Shown here one piece after another: positions 12,230 to 25,111 of a DNA stretch of 64,000 bases. How positions within the stretch are numbered: position 1 is the stretch's first letter; every line of letters begins with the position of its first letter. This DNA is from Octopus sinensis (taxonomy: Eukaryota). A model generated the notes under the pieces. That model worked only from the letters and a program-made list of their open reading frames with translations, ran no database searches and had not been told where the DNA came from. The stretch covers positions 9,982,001-10,046,000 of the forward strand of contig NC_043018.1 of assembly GCF_006345805.1 (NCBI RefSeq), given 5' to 3'. Made by a program: the position numbers and the translations under genes.

Positions 12230-13049
12230 TACAATGGGCTTCTTTCAGTTTCTGTCTAAATCCACTCACAAAGCTTCCGTTGTCCCAAGGCTATAGTAGA
12301 AAACACTTGCCCAAGGTGTCACATATAAACCAACACACACACATATATATTTACATATCTTTTTATATGTATATTGAAATTAATTAGCATTAATTAACAT
12401 TAATTAAACCTTATATATACACACATACACACACACACATATATATATATAAGTAAATAAATGGAGATGAATGAAACATATGTTGAAAGTAAAAGAATTT
12501 TAATAACATCTTCGTTCAACTCCATTTATGTACTTATACTACACAAATTATTGCACATTAACCCAGAGTTTCTACCTTTGAATAGGTCGCTTCATCCGTG
12601 TTACTTGCGTGAATTTTGCTGCCCTGGTAACCGTTTATTGAATTTTCCATGTTAACATGACTCAAGGAAGATCTTTATTCTATCTTTATCTTGCTCCAAC
12701 TTAGTGGTTAGGAGCGTTGGCCTCATGATTATAACATTGAGGTTTCAATTCCTGGATCGGGTTCTGCATTGTGTTCTTAAACAAGGCACTTCATTTCATC
12801 TTGCTCCAATCCACTCAACTGCCAAAAAGAGTAATCCTGCGACACTAGTCCATTGCAGGATATATATTCCCATCCTGGGGCGAATATACACACCACAGAA
12901 ACCAGGAAACGATCCCTATCAGTTGAAATGACCTGGGAATGAGCTTTATCTTTTTCTTCTTCTTCTTCTGATTAAACTGACCAAATACCGATATACCATA
13001 ACATAGCTAGCACTCATAACATATTCATAATAGATATCATAAAGTACAT

Positions 13050-13281
13050 ATTTCTTTACTACCCACAAGGGGCCAAACACAGAGGGGACAAACAAGGACA
13101 GACATAGGTATTAAGTCGATTACATTGACCCCAGTGCGTAACTGGTACTTAATTTATCGACCCCGAAAGGATGAAAGGTAAAGTCGACCTTGGCGGAATT
13201 TGAACTCACAACGTAACGGCAGACGAAATACCTCTAAGCATTTCGCCCGACGTGCTAACGTTTCTGCCAGCTCACCGCCTT
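13050..13281 (-). mobile_element. tRNA-derived SINE (family C, Meta/Sauria-like central domain)
   Basis: Minus head aaggcggtgagctggcagaaacgttag...gagttcaaattcc and central domain cctttcatcctttcggggtcgataaattaagtaccag; flanking duplication tagatatcataaa at 13031 and 13290. Confidence 0.85.
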
Positions 13282-13559
13282 TTTGTATTTAGATATCATA
13301 AAATACAGTTGAGGGCCAAGACCGGTGTTAGCCATGGGCGGATTTTAGAGTTAGACTAGTGTTAGAATGGTCTGATGTTAGTCTTAGAGTGATGTTTAGA
13401 CACAGATTTGTGTTAGACCAAGTCTATATTGGGAAATGTTGAGCACAACTCAAGAAAAGCTAATGGAAATAGGGTAATATAATTTAGATAGGGGCCATAT
13501 ATATATATTTCTGTTGATGAAGGTTGTGAAATAAATAACACATTCCATTTATTCATTCA

Positions 13560-13632
13560 TACATGCACACACACACATACATACATAATAAATACATATC
13601 TACTTACATGCACACACACACACACCACACAC

Positions 13633-13665
<33 letters not shown>

Positions 13666-13699
13666 CATATATATATTACATATATATACATAATATACA

Positions 13700-13739
<40 letters not shown>

Positions 13740-13776
13740 ACATATATATACATATACATATATATACATAATATAA

Positions 13777-13807
<31 letters not shown>

Positions 13808-13921
13808 ATATATATTACATACATACAATATATATACATACATATATACATACATACATATATATATATATATATGTATGCATGTATGTGTGTATGTATA
13901 TATATAAATATATTATATATA

Positions 13922-13968
<47 letters not shown>

Positions 13969-14020
13969 ATATATATATTTTATACATATGCATGTATACA
14001 TGTGTGTGTGTATGTGTATG
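13560..14020. repeat. (TA)n/(TACA)n microsatellite
   Basis: Direct reading. Confidence 0.95.
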
Positions 14021-14507
14021 CGTGATGGTATTGCTGATTTTCCAGCAGTGTTTATTTTTCATGCTAAAGATTATTATGGACTATACCCAAAGATTTTAGT
14101 CACCGTTTCATGAATAAATTAACTAGATAAAATAATTAAATTTATGAGATGCAGGAGATACTCATAAAGGTCTGTCATGTACATTATACAATCTGGCCAT
14201 GGTCAGTAAGACACCAAAACATCTTTTTTTTACTAAACTGAGTTATATCTATAAACTTATATGCATACATGTGTGTGTGTATGAGATAGATAGATAGATT
14301 GAGAGAGAGAGAGAAAGAGTGAGATAGATAGATAGACATAAAGACAGATATACAAACACAATTAAACATGCATATAGTCAGATAGACACATTAAGAGGCA
14401 GGTATCTAGCTAGCTCTCTACCCACCAGCCCACATACTCAAACACTCACCTACCTTCCTAAGTAGATAGACAGACAGGTAAGTAGACAAACAAATAGACA
14501 AAGAGTC

Positions 14508-14566
<59 letters not shown>

Positions 14567-14775
14567 GAGGGAGAGTGTGTGGTGTGTGTTCAAGATATAT
14601 GTTCTGGATTAGCTCAGGCACATCATCAGGGATGTTGACCTGGTGTCAAGAGCTTTGAGTCTTTCCATACCAGACATCTTTGTCTAGGTGATCCAGATGA
14701 CCAAGTCAAGGTTTTATAAAACCCTGACTTGCATCCCAGCTGCAACCAACCATGATATCGGTCCTTTTAATTGCC

Positions 14776-15098
14776 ATCATCATCATCATCACCATTTAAT
14801 GTCTGTTCTCCATGCTGGCATGGGTTGGACAATTTGACCGGGCTGGCATGCTGGAAGGCTGCACCAGACTCCAGTCTGATTTGGCATGGTTTTCTATGGC
14901 TGGATGCCCTTCCTAATGCCAACCACTCCAAGAGTGTAATGGGAGCTTTAATGTGCCACTGGCACTGGCACTATTTGCATGACACTGGTATCTGCCACAA
15001 CTGCGATTTTGCTTGGTTCGTTGGGTCTTCTTCTCAAGCACGACATAATGCCAAAGGTCTTCTTGGTCATTGCCTCCATGAGGCCCAACACTCGAAAT
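14776..15098 (-). mobile_element. RTE-clade LINE 3' end
   Basis: Minus strand encodes a FRVLGLMEAMT..DLWHYVVLEKKT-like C-terminus (frameshifted), then a 3'UTR with ttaggaagggcatccagcc and a (TGA)n tail. Confidence 0.75.
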
Positions 15099-15129
15099 GT
15101 TTAATATACAGAGTTGATATTTAAATCAC

Positions 15130-15362
15130 AAATGAGCCAAATGGTAGGAGACCCTAACCCTAACCCTGACCCTGACCCTAGGGACAGACCAAGAGTGAAA
15201 TGATTGGATAATATCCGTGGTCTCAGAGTGGGTCACACTTGGAAATTCGACTGGAAAGCATAATGACAGTTGCTTGTGATGGGAACCTATAGAGGGAAGG
15301 TCTGAGGGCTCTCCACCTATGACCCTCTCAGGAATAGTGGATAGAGAAAATGGATGGATGAA
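15130..15362 (+). mobile_element. RTE-like LINE C-terminal remnant
   Basis: GRRP...RDRPRVK*LDNIRGL resembles the RGRPRxxWxD motif; (GGAT)n tail. Confidence 0.55.
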
Positions 15363-16599
15363 ATGAGATAATTCATCATAAATGGAAGTTTTAAACAAGA
15401 GACCGAGCAAACTCTTGAATAATCCCAGATTATTGTGACATTGTGATGGTAGAGCTGTTATATTACACCTGTCATTTTTCACAGTCTGATCAGGTGTAAA
15501 GTAATTTATTTTCATCTATTTTAAGATTTACCTGTAAACCTGGTTGAGAATATTACATATTGACTTCGTCAATTAATTAGAAATAGAATTTGATGCCAGA
15601 TCAATATTAGACCGAATAATATTAATCTGAATATCTCTACATGAGCTAGCAACAAGTGGATCAGATTAAACACTTAATACTAATCAATATAGTAAATACT
15701 AAAGTGTGTTCAGGTGAGATTCAGGTACGCAAATATTTTATTACTGAAACAGGTGAGTAAATGGCTGTGGATGTCTCGTGAAGTGAAATATTTTCCGTGT
15801 GGTAAGAAGTTTGCTTCCCAAACTCATGGTTATGGGTTCAAACCAAATGCACAACACATTGGGCAAGTGTCTTCCATTATGGTCTTAGGCTGACCACTGC
15901 CTTGTGAGTGGATTTGGCAAGCAGAAACTGAAGGAAGCCCATCATATATAGATATGTGTGTGTGTGTGTGTGTGTGTATGTATATATGAGTGTGTATGTG
16001 TGTGTACATATGTTTCTCTTTTATCTTTTACTTGTTTCAGTCATTTGACTGTAGCCATGCTGGAGCAGCACCTTGAAGGGCTTTAGCCAGACAAATCAAC
16101 CCCAGGACTTACTTGATATTTTTATTTTAAGCATCGTACTTATTTTGTCTGACTCTTTTGCTGAACTGCTAAGTTACGGGGACTTATTGACACTGGTTGT
16201 CAAGCAGTGGTAGGGGACAAACAAAGACACAAAGACACACACACACACACAAAAGAATGAAACCATCATGGAATCTCAGTTGCCAAATAGACTTTGGTGC
16301 TGATGGTAAAATTCCTCCAAGAAGAAGATTTTGAAATGACTTTTGGATGTTGCTGTTGGTGTTGTTATTTAGCTCCCAAGTCAGTTCTGATTGAGCAAAT
16401 CTATGACCAGAGACGCTCCAGTCATGACTATCCCACCTTTTATTACGACATAATGTACATCTAGGACCAAATTATCCAGTGCCTCATTCCTTATTTAAGT
16501 TAGTGGGCTGTGAGTTGTGGGAGATTTGGTTGCTATTTCGAGTAGAGTGGGGTAGAAACTTTCTAGCTGGCATACAATTTTAACGATGCTTTATAACTA

Positions 16600-16922
16600 T
16601 ATTGTTAGTATTTTGTTAATTATTTAATCTACTAATATTCTATTAGTTTTAGTATTGTGTTCCTATAGTCATATATTTATATAATGTATAATAATTATGT
16701 TAAAATTATATTATTATTATGTTGATATGACATTAACTTTAAGTTAATATGATGTTAATATGCTAAAAAGATATTAATCTAATGTTAATATAATCTTGAT
16801 TTTATGTTAATATTATGTTACTATGAAGTTAATATCATGTTAAAATGATATTAATCTTATGTTAATATTATGTTAATATAATGTTAATATTATGTTAATA
16901 TGATGTAAGTATTATTATTATT
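16600..16922. repeat. Degenerate 11-bp AT-rich minisatellite (atgttaatatt)
   Basis: Repeated tatgttaata units. Confidence 0.7.
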
Positions 16923-17934
16923 GGATCATCTATTCTGTAATGTTCTACATTATCTAAAAAGTGTTGCCACATACCTTTTAATTAAACAGAATCAATTGAC
17001 ATATGTATGAATCAACAAGGAAGCCTGTAGATGATCTCTCTACCTGCTAGAAATAGCAGCCAGAATTCCCTCTCTATCACACCATACTATATTATAAAAA
17101 TGAGAAAAACAGATTTGAAAATTTTGTGCTAAATACACCACATCTTATAGAAAAAAAGGTAGAATGGTCATGGGTGGAAAGTCTTTGATCATAAATCTAC
17201 TCAGTCAGGGTTGACCTGGGGTTAAACTACAACAGTATCATCATTTAACATCCATCTTCATCTTCCATGTTGGCAAGGGCTGGACTAACATATTGTGGAG
17301 ATAAGGACATGTGGACTCCTGGAGAATTTAGCTAGATTTAGGTAGAGTTGTGTGATTAAGAGGCTTGCATCACAAAAATATGGTCCAAGACCTGATTCAA
17401 ATAAGTGACACCTTGGATAAGATTTTTCTACCATAGCTTTTAAGTCGAATATGGGAGACAGAAACTGTGAAGAAGTCCACCATGTGTGTGTGTGTGTGTG
17501 TGTACAAGGAGAACAGTGATACAGAGAGTTGACAGAAATTTTGCAGGAAGAAAACAAAAACAACAACATGAGATGTAGACATGCTTGACCCTTCATCAGC
17601 TGTCGACTAAATATCATTACAGTTTCAACACCTTCTGACATATATCTGATTGTAGATCCATTATGATCTCAATAGAGTAATCCAAAGATAAGCGGGTCTA
17701 GGTCTGCTTTGTTATGGTGATGGAAAATCCAGGTGAAGTGAGAATTTAAGAAGGGATTGGCAAGAAAAATATATACAGCAGTACAATGTTTGTATTAGTT
17801 TGATATTGAAAAGGAAGAAAAATTAATAGTTCTACAGTTTGAACAAAGGTCTTTTTTTAAGGAAAAAAAAAAACAAAGAAGGGGAAAGAACAGGGATGAA
17901 GAAAATAGAAAAGGTCTGGTGGGATGAAATTTAT

Positions 17935-19632
17935 TGATTGATGCTGGTGCTGGTCCCATGTCAAAAGCACTGGTGATGGTGCCACATAAAATGCACCCAG
18001 TACCCTTTGTGGAGTGGTTGGCATTAGGAAAGTAATGACAAAGCACCGAGATATCTGGCCCTTTGCTGTTCTCAAAAAGACCTGTCCACCACGGCCGGAT
18101 TGATGCTGGTGCTGGTCATGTCAAAAGCACTGGTGATGGTGCCACATAAAATGCAACCCAGTACCCTTTGTGGAGTGGTTGGCATTAGGAAGTAAGACAA
18201 AGCACCGAGATATCTGGCCCTTTGCTGTTCTCAAAAAGACCTGTCCACCACGGCCGATTGATGCTGGTGCTGGTCCCATGTCAAAAGCACTGGTGATGGT
18301 GCCACATAAAATGCACCCAGTACCCTTTGTGGAGTGGTTGGCATTAGGAAAGTACTGACAAAGCACCGAGATATCTGGCCCTTTGCTGTTCTCAAAAAGA
18401 CCTGTCCACCACGGCCGGATTGATGCTGGTGCTGGTCCCATGTCAAAAGCACTGGTGATGGTGCCACATAAAATGCACCAGTACCCTTTTGGAGTGGTTG
18501 GCATTAGGAAGTAATGACAAAGCACCGAGATATCTGGCCCTTTGCTGTTCTCAAAAAGACCTGTCCACCACGGCCGGATTGATGCTGGTGCTGGTCCCAT
18601 GTCAAAAGCACTGTGATGGTGCCACAAAAATGCACCCAGTACCCTTTGTGAGTGGTTGGCATTAGGAAAGTAATGACAAAGCACCGAGATATCTGGCCCT
18701 TGTGCTGTTCTCAAAAAGACCTGTCCACCACGGCCGGATTGATGCTGGTGCTGGTCCCATGTCAAAAGCACTGGTGATGGTGCCACATAAAATGCACCCA
18801 GTACCCTTTGGGAGTGTGGTCATTAGGAAAGTAATGACAAAGCACCGAGATATCTGGCCTTTGCTGTTCTCAAAAAGACCTGTCCACACGCCGGATTGAT
18901 GCTGGTGCTGGTCCCATGTCAAAAGCACTGGTGATGGAGCCACATAAAATGCACCCAGTACCCTTTGTGGAGTGGTTGGCATTAGGAAAGTAATGACAAA
19001 GCACCGAGATATCTGGCCCTTTGCTGTTCTCAAAAAGACCTGTCCACCACGGCCGGATTGATGCTGGTGCTGGTCCCATGTCAAAAGCACTGGTGATGGT
19101 GCCACATAAAATGCACCCAGTACCCTTTGTGGAGTGGTTGGCATTAGGAAAGTAATGACAAAGCACCGAGATATCTGGCCCTTTGCTGTTCTCAAAAAGA
19201 CCTGTCCACCACGGCCGGATTGATGCTGGTGCTGGTCCCATGTCAAAAGCACTGGTGATGGTGCCACATAAAATGCACCCAGTACCCTTTGTGGAGTGGT
19301 TGGCATTAGGAAAGTAATGACAAAGCACCGAGATATCTGGCCCTTTGCTGTTCTCAAAAAGACCTGTCCACCACGGCCGGATTGATGCTGGTGCTGGTCC
19401 CATGTCAAAAGCACTGGTGATGGTGCCACATAAAATGCACCCAGTACCCTTTGTGGAGTGGTTGGCATTAGGAATTAATGACAAAGCACCGAGATATCTG
19501 GCCCTTTGCTGTTCTCAAAAAGACCTGTCCACCACGGCCGGATTGATGCTGGTGCTGGTCCCATGTCAAAAGCACTGGTGATGGTGCCACATAAAACGCA
19601 TCCAGTAGACTTTATGGAGTGGTTGGTGTTAG
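17935..19632 (+). repeat. ~162-bp satellite, 11 unit starts, built from an RTE LINE ORF end plus 3'UTR
   Basis: gatgctggtgctggtc at ~17940, 18102, 18260, 18422, 18581, 18741, 18898, 19060, 19222, 19384, 19545. Confidence 0.95.
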
Positions 19633-19765
19633 GAAGGACATCCAGCCATAGAACCCAAGCCAGAACAGAGAATGGAACCTGGTGTGACCTCTGGCCTTAT
19701 CAGCTTTGGTCAAACTGTCCAACATATGCCAGCATGGAAAACGGATATTAAATGATGATGATGAA
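19545..19765 (+). mobile_element. RTE LINE 3'UTR and (TGA)n tail terminating the satellite
   Basis: ttaggaaggacatccagccatagaa...ccagcatggaaaacggatattaaatgatgatgatg. Confidence 0.8.
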
Positions 19766-20626
19766 GGCAATAGATGAGTAATTTGAGGAGTGTAAGGGGA
19801 GATTATAGCCGAGCAAGTTTAAGTGTGGGCGTGCAAAGGAAGATAATGGTTGAACAAGTCTTTCAAGAGGAGAGGCACATCTAAGGGTGAATGGTTGTTG
19901 GTGTGTCATTAAGAATGCTTTGATTTTATGGGAGTGTGCATAGGCGTGCATGCATAGATGGATGTGCAATACAGAGTGTGTGTTTGTGTGTGTGTGTGTA
20001 TGTAGGTATGCATGTATGTGTATATGCACATACATATTTATATATGAGTGTGTATACACATCTGGTTCGTACCCAACACACCTCACACCCAACTACAGAC
20101 ATATAAAGATATGCGTACATATACACAGCAGATATCACATACACATGCACACATACACTTGCATATAAATATCTAGATGTGCACACATGCAAAACAGGAC
20201 ACACACAACACACAGAGAGTCGTACACAAAATGCATACACACAACATACACACATACTGCTTTACACACAGTGGATATCTGTCCCATCACACACACACAC
20301 ACACACCTTTTCACGGCTTTCTTTTTACTTGTTTTAGTCATTTGTCTGTGGCCATGCTGGGGCACCACTTTGAAGAAGAATTTTTAGTCGAATGAATCAA
20401 CTCCAGTACTTATGTTTTTTAAGCCTAGTACTTATTCTATCAGTCTCTTTTGCTGAACTGCTAAGTTATGGGGATGTAAACACAGCTTAAGCTAGAAATT
20501 TTAACTCTACCAATTTGCATTGAATCGTTATTTCATTTCTGTCAATGGAGATTGTGTTTGCTAGATTTCTTCATTGGGGAAACTCCAGCTCCCCTTTAAA
20601 GAGTATCAGGAGTCACAATTCATTGA

Positions 20627-21177
20627 TCCTTTAGCATTCAGATTACTCAGTCAACTGCATTGCTTTGATGAGAAGTGACCGAAACTTCTGGTGATTTGCT
20701 GTACTTGAGAAGACACAACAAACTAAGTGAAATCATAGTGGTGGGCAGTGCTGGAGACACGTGAAAGGCACCCAAACTGGTGACACAGGAGAGGCACCCA
20801 TGCCAGTGACACGTAAAAGGCACCCAGTACATTCTGTGAAGTGGTTAGCATTAGGAAGGGCATCCAGCCATAGAATCCAAGCCATTACAGACTGGAGCCT
20901 GGGGCAGCTCTCCGGCTTACCAGCTCCAGTCAAACCATCTAACCCATGCCAATATGGAAAATGGATGCTAAATGATGATGATGATGATGAGGAGGAGGAG
21001 GATTAGTTTGAATTAATCATGCATTATCTCATAGATTCAAAAGTTCGATGATGTGATTGTTTCTATTTAGAATGAAATCATAAAGTAGGTGTGAGAGGCT
21101 GGACCTGGTCAGTTTCAACACAAAGCAGGTAGAAAATCTGGGGCTGGATTTGGCTGGTTTAAATGCTAAAAGGTTAA
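20627..21177 (-). mobile_element. piggyBac-like MITE interrupted by a plus-strand RTE 3' end (~20665-21000)
   Basis: Ends cctttagcattcag ... aatgctaaaaggttaa match the 41666 family; the insert ends in (TGA)n. Confidence 0.7.
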
Positions 21178-21765
21178 AGAGGAATCTAAATAAAATCTGA
21201 CTTTAACAGAGACAAAGAACAATGATGTCCGTCCAATAAAGACTGATGCATTTCTGTTATTTCTATAGATTCCTTTTGACACTCAGTAATCGGTATTGAT
21301 TACCAAAATATGAGGCAGTGAATTGTTAGTCCTCAGAGTGTTGTGTAAATTCCTTATTTACTCTGATTCTCTGTACTTCATGTTCAAACCCTGTTGAAGT
21401 CATTGTTGTTTTTCATCCTTTCGGGATTGATAAAAAAAAAAAAGTACCAGTGTAAGGCACTGGATTAGCAACGCTGTTAACAGGGCCAAAGTAAAACCCA
21501 TAGAGGCCCTAAGCACTTAAAAGATTTTGGTGCCCCCATATATATGTAATTCAAAATATAAACAATAATAAACCATGAAATAAATCCTTATTTTTCAAAA
21601 CGAAACAAAAAACTAACAGTAAGATGGAAAATGATTCTTGTTTTGGTATATTCTTCTTTCTTTATATTTGAAAAGTTTCCTCCGACATTTATTTAATTGC
21701 AAAGTCTTTGATCAGATTCTCACTATGACACCATGGACACTTTGGAATTATATTTCCAATCATAT

Positions 21766-22173
21766 AGGCGGTGGAGTGGCTGCGTGGTAAGTAGCTTGTT
21801 TACCAACCACATGGTTCCGGGTTCAGTTCCACTGCGTGGCACCTTGGGCAAGTGTCTTCTACTATAGCCTCGGGCCGACCAAAGGCTTGTGAGTGGATTT
21901 GGTAGACGGAAACTGAAAGAAGCCCGTCGTATATATGTATATATATGTGTATGTGTGTGTGTGTTTGTGTGTCTGTGTTTGTCCCCTTAGCATTGCTTGA
22001 CAACCGATGCTGGTGTGTTTATGTCCCCGTTACTTAGCGGTTCGGCAAAAGAGACCGATAGAATAAGTACTGGGCTTACAAAGAATAAGTCCCGGGATCG
22101 AGTTGCTCGATTAAAGGCAGTGCTCCAGCATGGCCGCAGTCAAATGACTGAAACAAGTAAAAGAGTAAAGAGT
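21766..22173 (+). mobile_element. Full-length family A CORE-type SINE
   Basis: aggcggtggagtggctgcgtggtaag...ggttcagttcc...gcaccttgggcaagtgtcttc...gaaacaagtaaaagagtaaagagta. Confidence 0.92.
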
Positions 22174-22482
22174 ATATGCAGATGCACAGTCAACCTTGAC
22201 TGATAGAGGCCCCTATATAACTACTAATCACATGGTTGACCAGACTATCGGATGTTGTTATACACCGCTGGTCACAGTGCACTTTGCATCACTTCAAGCT
22301 TCAAATCCTGCCACCCTGCTGGCTAGGTGAGCAGACCAATATTCTCTACTGATTCTGTCGTGGGGTTATCCATTTACAGCTGGGTGGAATGGAGCTACAC
22401 GAAAGGAAGTGGTTTGCTTAAGAACACAATGTGAAACTGGTTTGGCAATCCATCAGATGAACATTCCTATAAGATAAACTAT

Positions 22483-22584
22483 TATTATTCAGGTCACTGC
22501 CTGGAATCGAACTTGGAATCTTGGGGTTAGTAGCCCATGCTCTTAACCACTACGCTCTATGACCGTGGGAGGGGCATATGGCGT
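22483..22584 (-). mobile_element. Short tRNA-only (simple) SINE with TSD
   Basis: Minus: gcgtagtggttaagagcatgggctACTaaccccaagattccaagttcgattcc + (AAT)n tail; TSD agataaactat at 22472 and 22585. Confidence 0.7.
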
Positions 22585-22812
22585 AGATAAACTATGTTCA
22601 ATTCTATGAAAACAACAATAAATTCGGAGTTTTCTCATTAATCCACTTACTGACTTTTCTCCATCAGTGATTGTTGAACATCATTTTCCAAAAGTCTCTT
22701 GAGTATAAAAGGAGTCTTTGTGGGAATCATGGATTTACAAACATTGCATGAAATAACTGTGCTTGACTTTTCAACTCTCACACACATACAAAGAATGTAT
22801 AAGCACACACAC

Positions 22813-22855
<43 letters not shown>

Positions 22856-23178
22856 CATACAAATAGGAGCTTCTTTCTAGTTTTTCTGCCAACCATATTC
22901 ACTCACAAGGTTTTGGTTAGCCCTGGGCTATGGACTATTGTAGAGTCAGCCCCAAACCATGTAGTTGGGAAGTAACCTTCTTAACCACACAACCACGCCT
23001 CTCTCTTGATATATATATATCATCATCATCATCATCATTTAACATCTGTTTTCCATGCCGGCATGGGTTGGACAGTTTAACAGGGGCTGGCAAGCTGGAG
23101 AACTGCCCGGGCTCCATGTTCATTTTGGCATGGTTTCTACGACTGGGTGCTCTTCCTAATGTGTGTGTGTGTGTGTAT

Positions 23179-23217
<39 letters not shown>

Positions 23218-23321
23218 TATATATTTATATGGTTTCAAAACAAAAAATTACTGCAAAATGTTTTTATGGTTGTCTAATGATTTAGTCAATTTGATAATCT
23301 ACCATCCTCAATAATAACAAT

Positions 23322-23355
<34 letters not shown>

Positions 23356-23755
23356 TGAAGGTACAAATGCCAAAGGATGTTGGACATCTCACTGAAATTA
23401 ATTCCAATATATTACTGGTATTTTGTTTAATCCATCCTTGAAGCGATGAGAAGTAAAGATGAGCCAAACGGGATTCCAACAGAGAAGAAGAATACAAATA
23501 ATATGAAAAGCATCTTCTCAAAAGATTCTGTCAGTTGCAACATTTGCTCTGTGCCACCACCAGCACCACCAATGCTACCACTACTGTCATCACCTATGAC
23601 ACCATTGATACCACCACCACCATCACCATGGTTTGTGGTCAGCTGAAAATGTCAAACATTTTCCACTATTTACGTCGAGATATTTCATGGCCTTGAACAA
23701 GAAGTAACAGCTGAAGTCATACATATATACATATGTATATGTATGTGTGTGTATG

Positions 23756-23793
<38 letters not shown>

Positions 23794-23874
23794 TATTGTA
23801 TGTGTATGTCTGTATACATATAAATACATACACACAAAATGATGGCTGTAACTTGATTTCAAACATTACATGGG

Positions 23875-24130
23875 CAGTGTGGATGTGGTTTTGCAATTCT
23901 GCTAGGGACCTACACTCCCTTTCACAGATGTGGCAATGATGGGTGCCTCTTGCAACAGGTGTTCAGAGAGCTTACTACACATGTTAACACATCTTTTTCC
24001 CACCCTGGAAGTTTTCCTTGAGTGTTTCTCCCTTTTTTCAGCTATGGTCAGCCATAGTATAAAAATCAAGTGAAGCCTGTGCCAGAAGCTTTCTTAAAGT
24101 GAGGAAAGGGCTTGTTCAGGGCCAACCCCA
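23875..24130 (-). mobile_element. RTE-BovB-like LINE C-terminal zinc-finger remnant
   Basis: Minus translation HCHICERECRSLAELQNHIHT (CxxCxRxCxSxxxLxxH). Confidence 0.55.
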
Positions 24131-24516
24131 CTCAGTAAACCTATTTCTTTACTACCCACAAGGGGCTAAACACAGAGAGGACAAACAAGGACAGACAAAC
24201 GGATTAAGTCGATTATATTGACCCCAGTGTGTAACTGGTACTTATTTAATCAACCCCGAAAGGATGTTTCTCAACCATTTCTTATCTATGGATCCCTTTG
24301 ATTACTACTTTACTTTGGTTGACCCCCATAAAAACTAGTTTTCTAGAAACTTCTTTCAAAATTCCTATTTTATTTTTCACACATTAACTTGCGTAGGTTG
24401 ACCCTTGTGAAACATTTTGGGAAGAAACCATTTCTTGCAATATTGCTTTTTCTGTTGCTTGCAAGGACCCCACCCCCACCCCCACAAATCTTAAGATGGG
24501 GTGCTGAAAAGTTCAT

Positions 24517-24566
<50 letters not shown>

Positions 24567-24654
24567 ATATCATATATATATCATATATATATATCATATA
24601 TATATCATATATATATATTATATAATTAGGGGTTAGTAAAATAAATTACTTTGC

Positions 24655-24693
<39 letters not shown>

Positions 24694-25071
24694 TATATCA
24701 CGTGATCACGTGAGCGACCAGACCATCAGATGTTGCTACACATCGCTGGTCACAATGCGTTTGCCTTGTTTTAGCCTAAAACAATATATATATATATTTA
24801 TACAATAATAGTAAGGAATATAATTCCAAACTTATAGGGAAAAATTCAATTTAGCAATTTCAAATCAAATTTCACGATATATAATATATGTATATAATTA
24901 AGAGAAATAACCTCTATTATGTAGTTCAGTAGTGAAAGACTTTATATCATATAGAAAAATGGTTATTTAATTTAGTGATTTTTTTAATAATATTTATTAT
25001 AGTATATTTAAATTTTTCTATATGATATAGATAAAGTTTATTGAATTACTTAATAGAGGTTATTTCTCTTA

Positions 25072-25104
<33 letters not shown>

Positions 25105-25111
25105 TCACACA

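Noticed and set aside
15150-15180. Chromosome end
   Set aside because: Only about five degenerate hexamers, internal to the window
17575-17635. Hammerhead on the minus strand (gacagCTGATGAaggg)
   Set aside because: No correctly placed GAAA and stems could be built
18121-19484. Long repetitive ORFs (221, 268, 204 aa) as a repeat-protein gene
   Set aside because: Antisense read-through of a 162-bp LINE-derived satellite; no splice or start context
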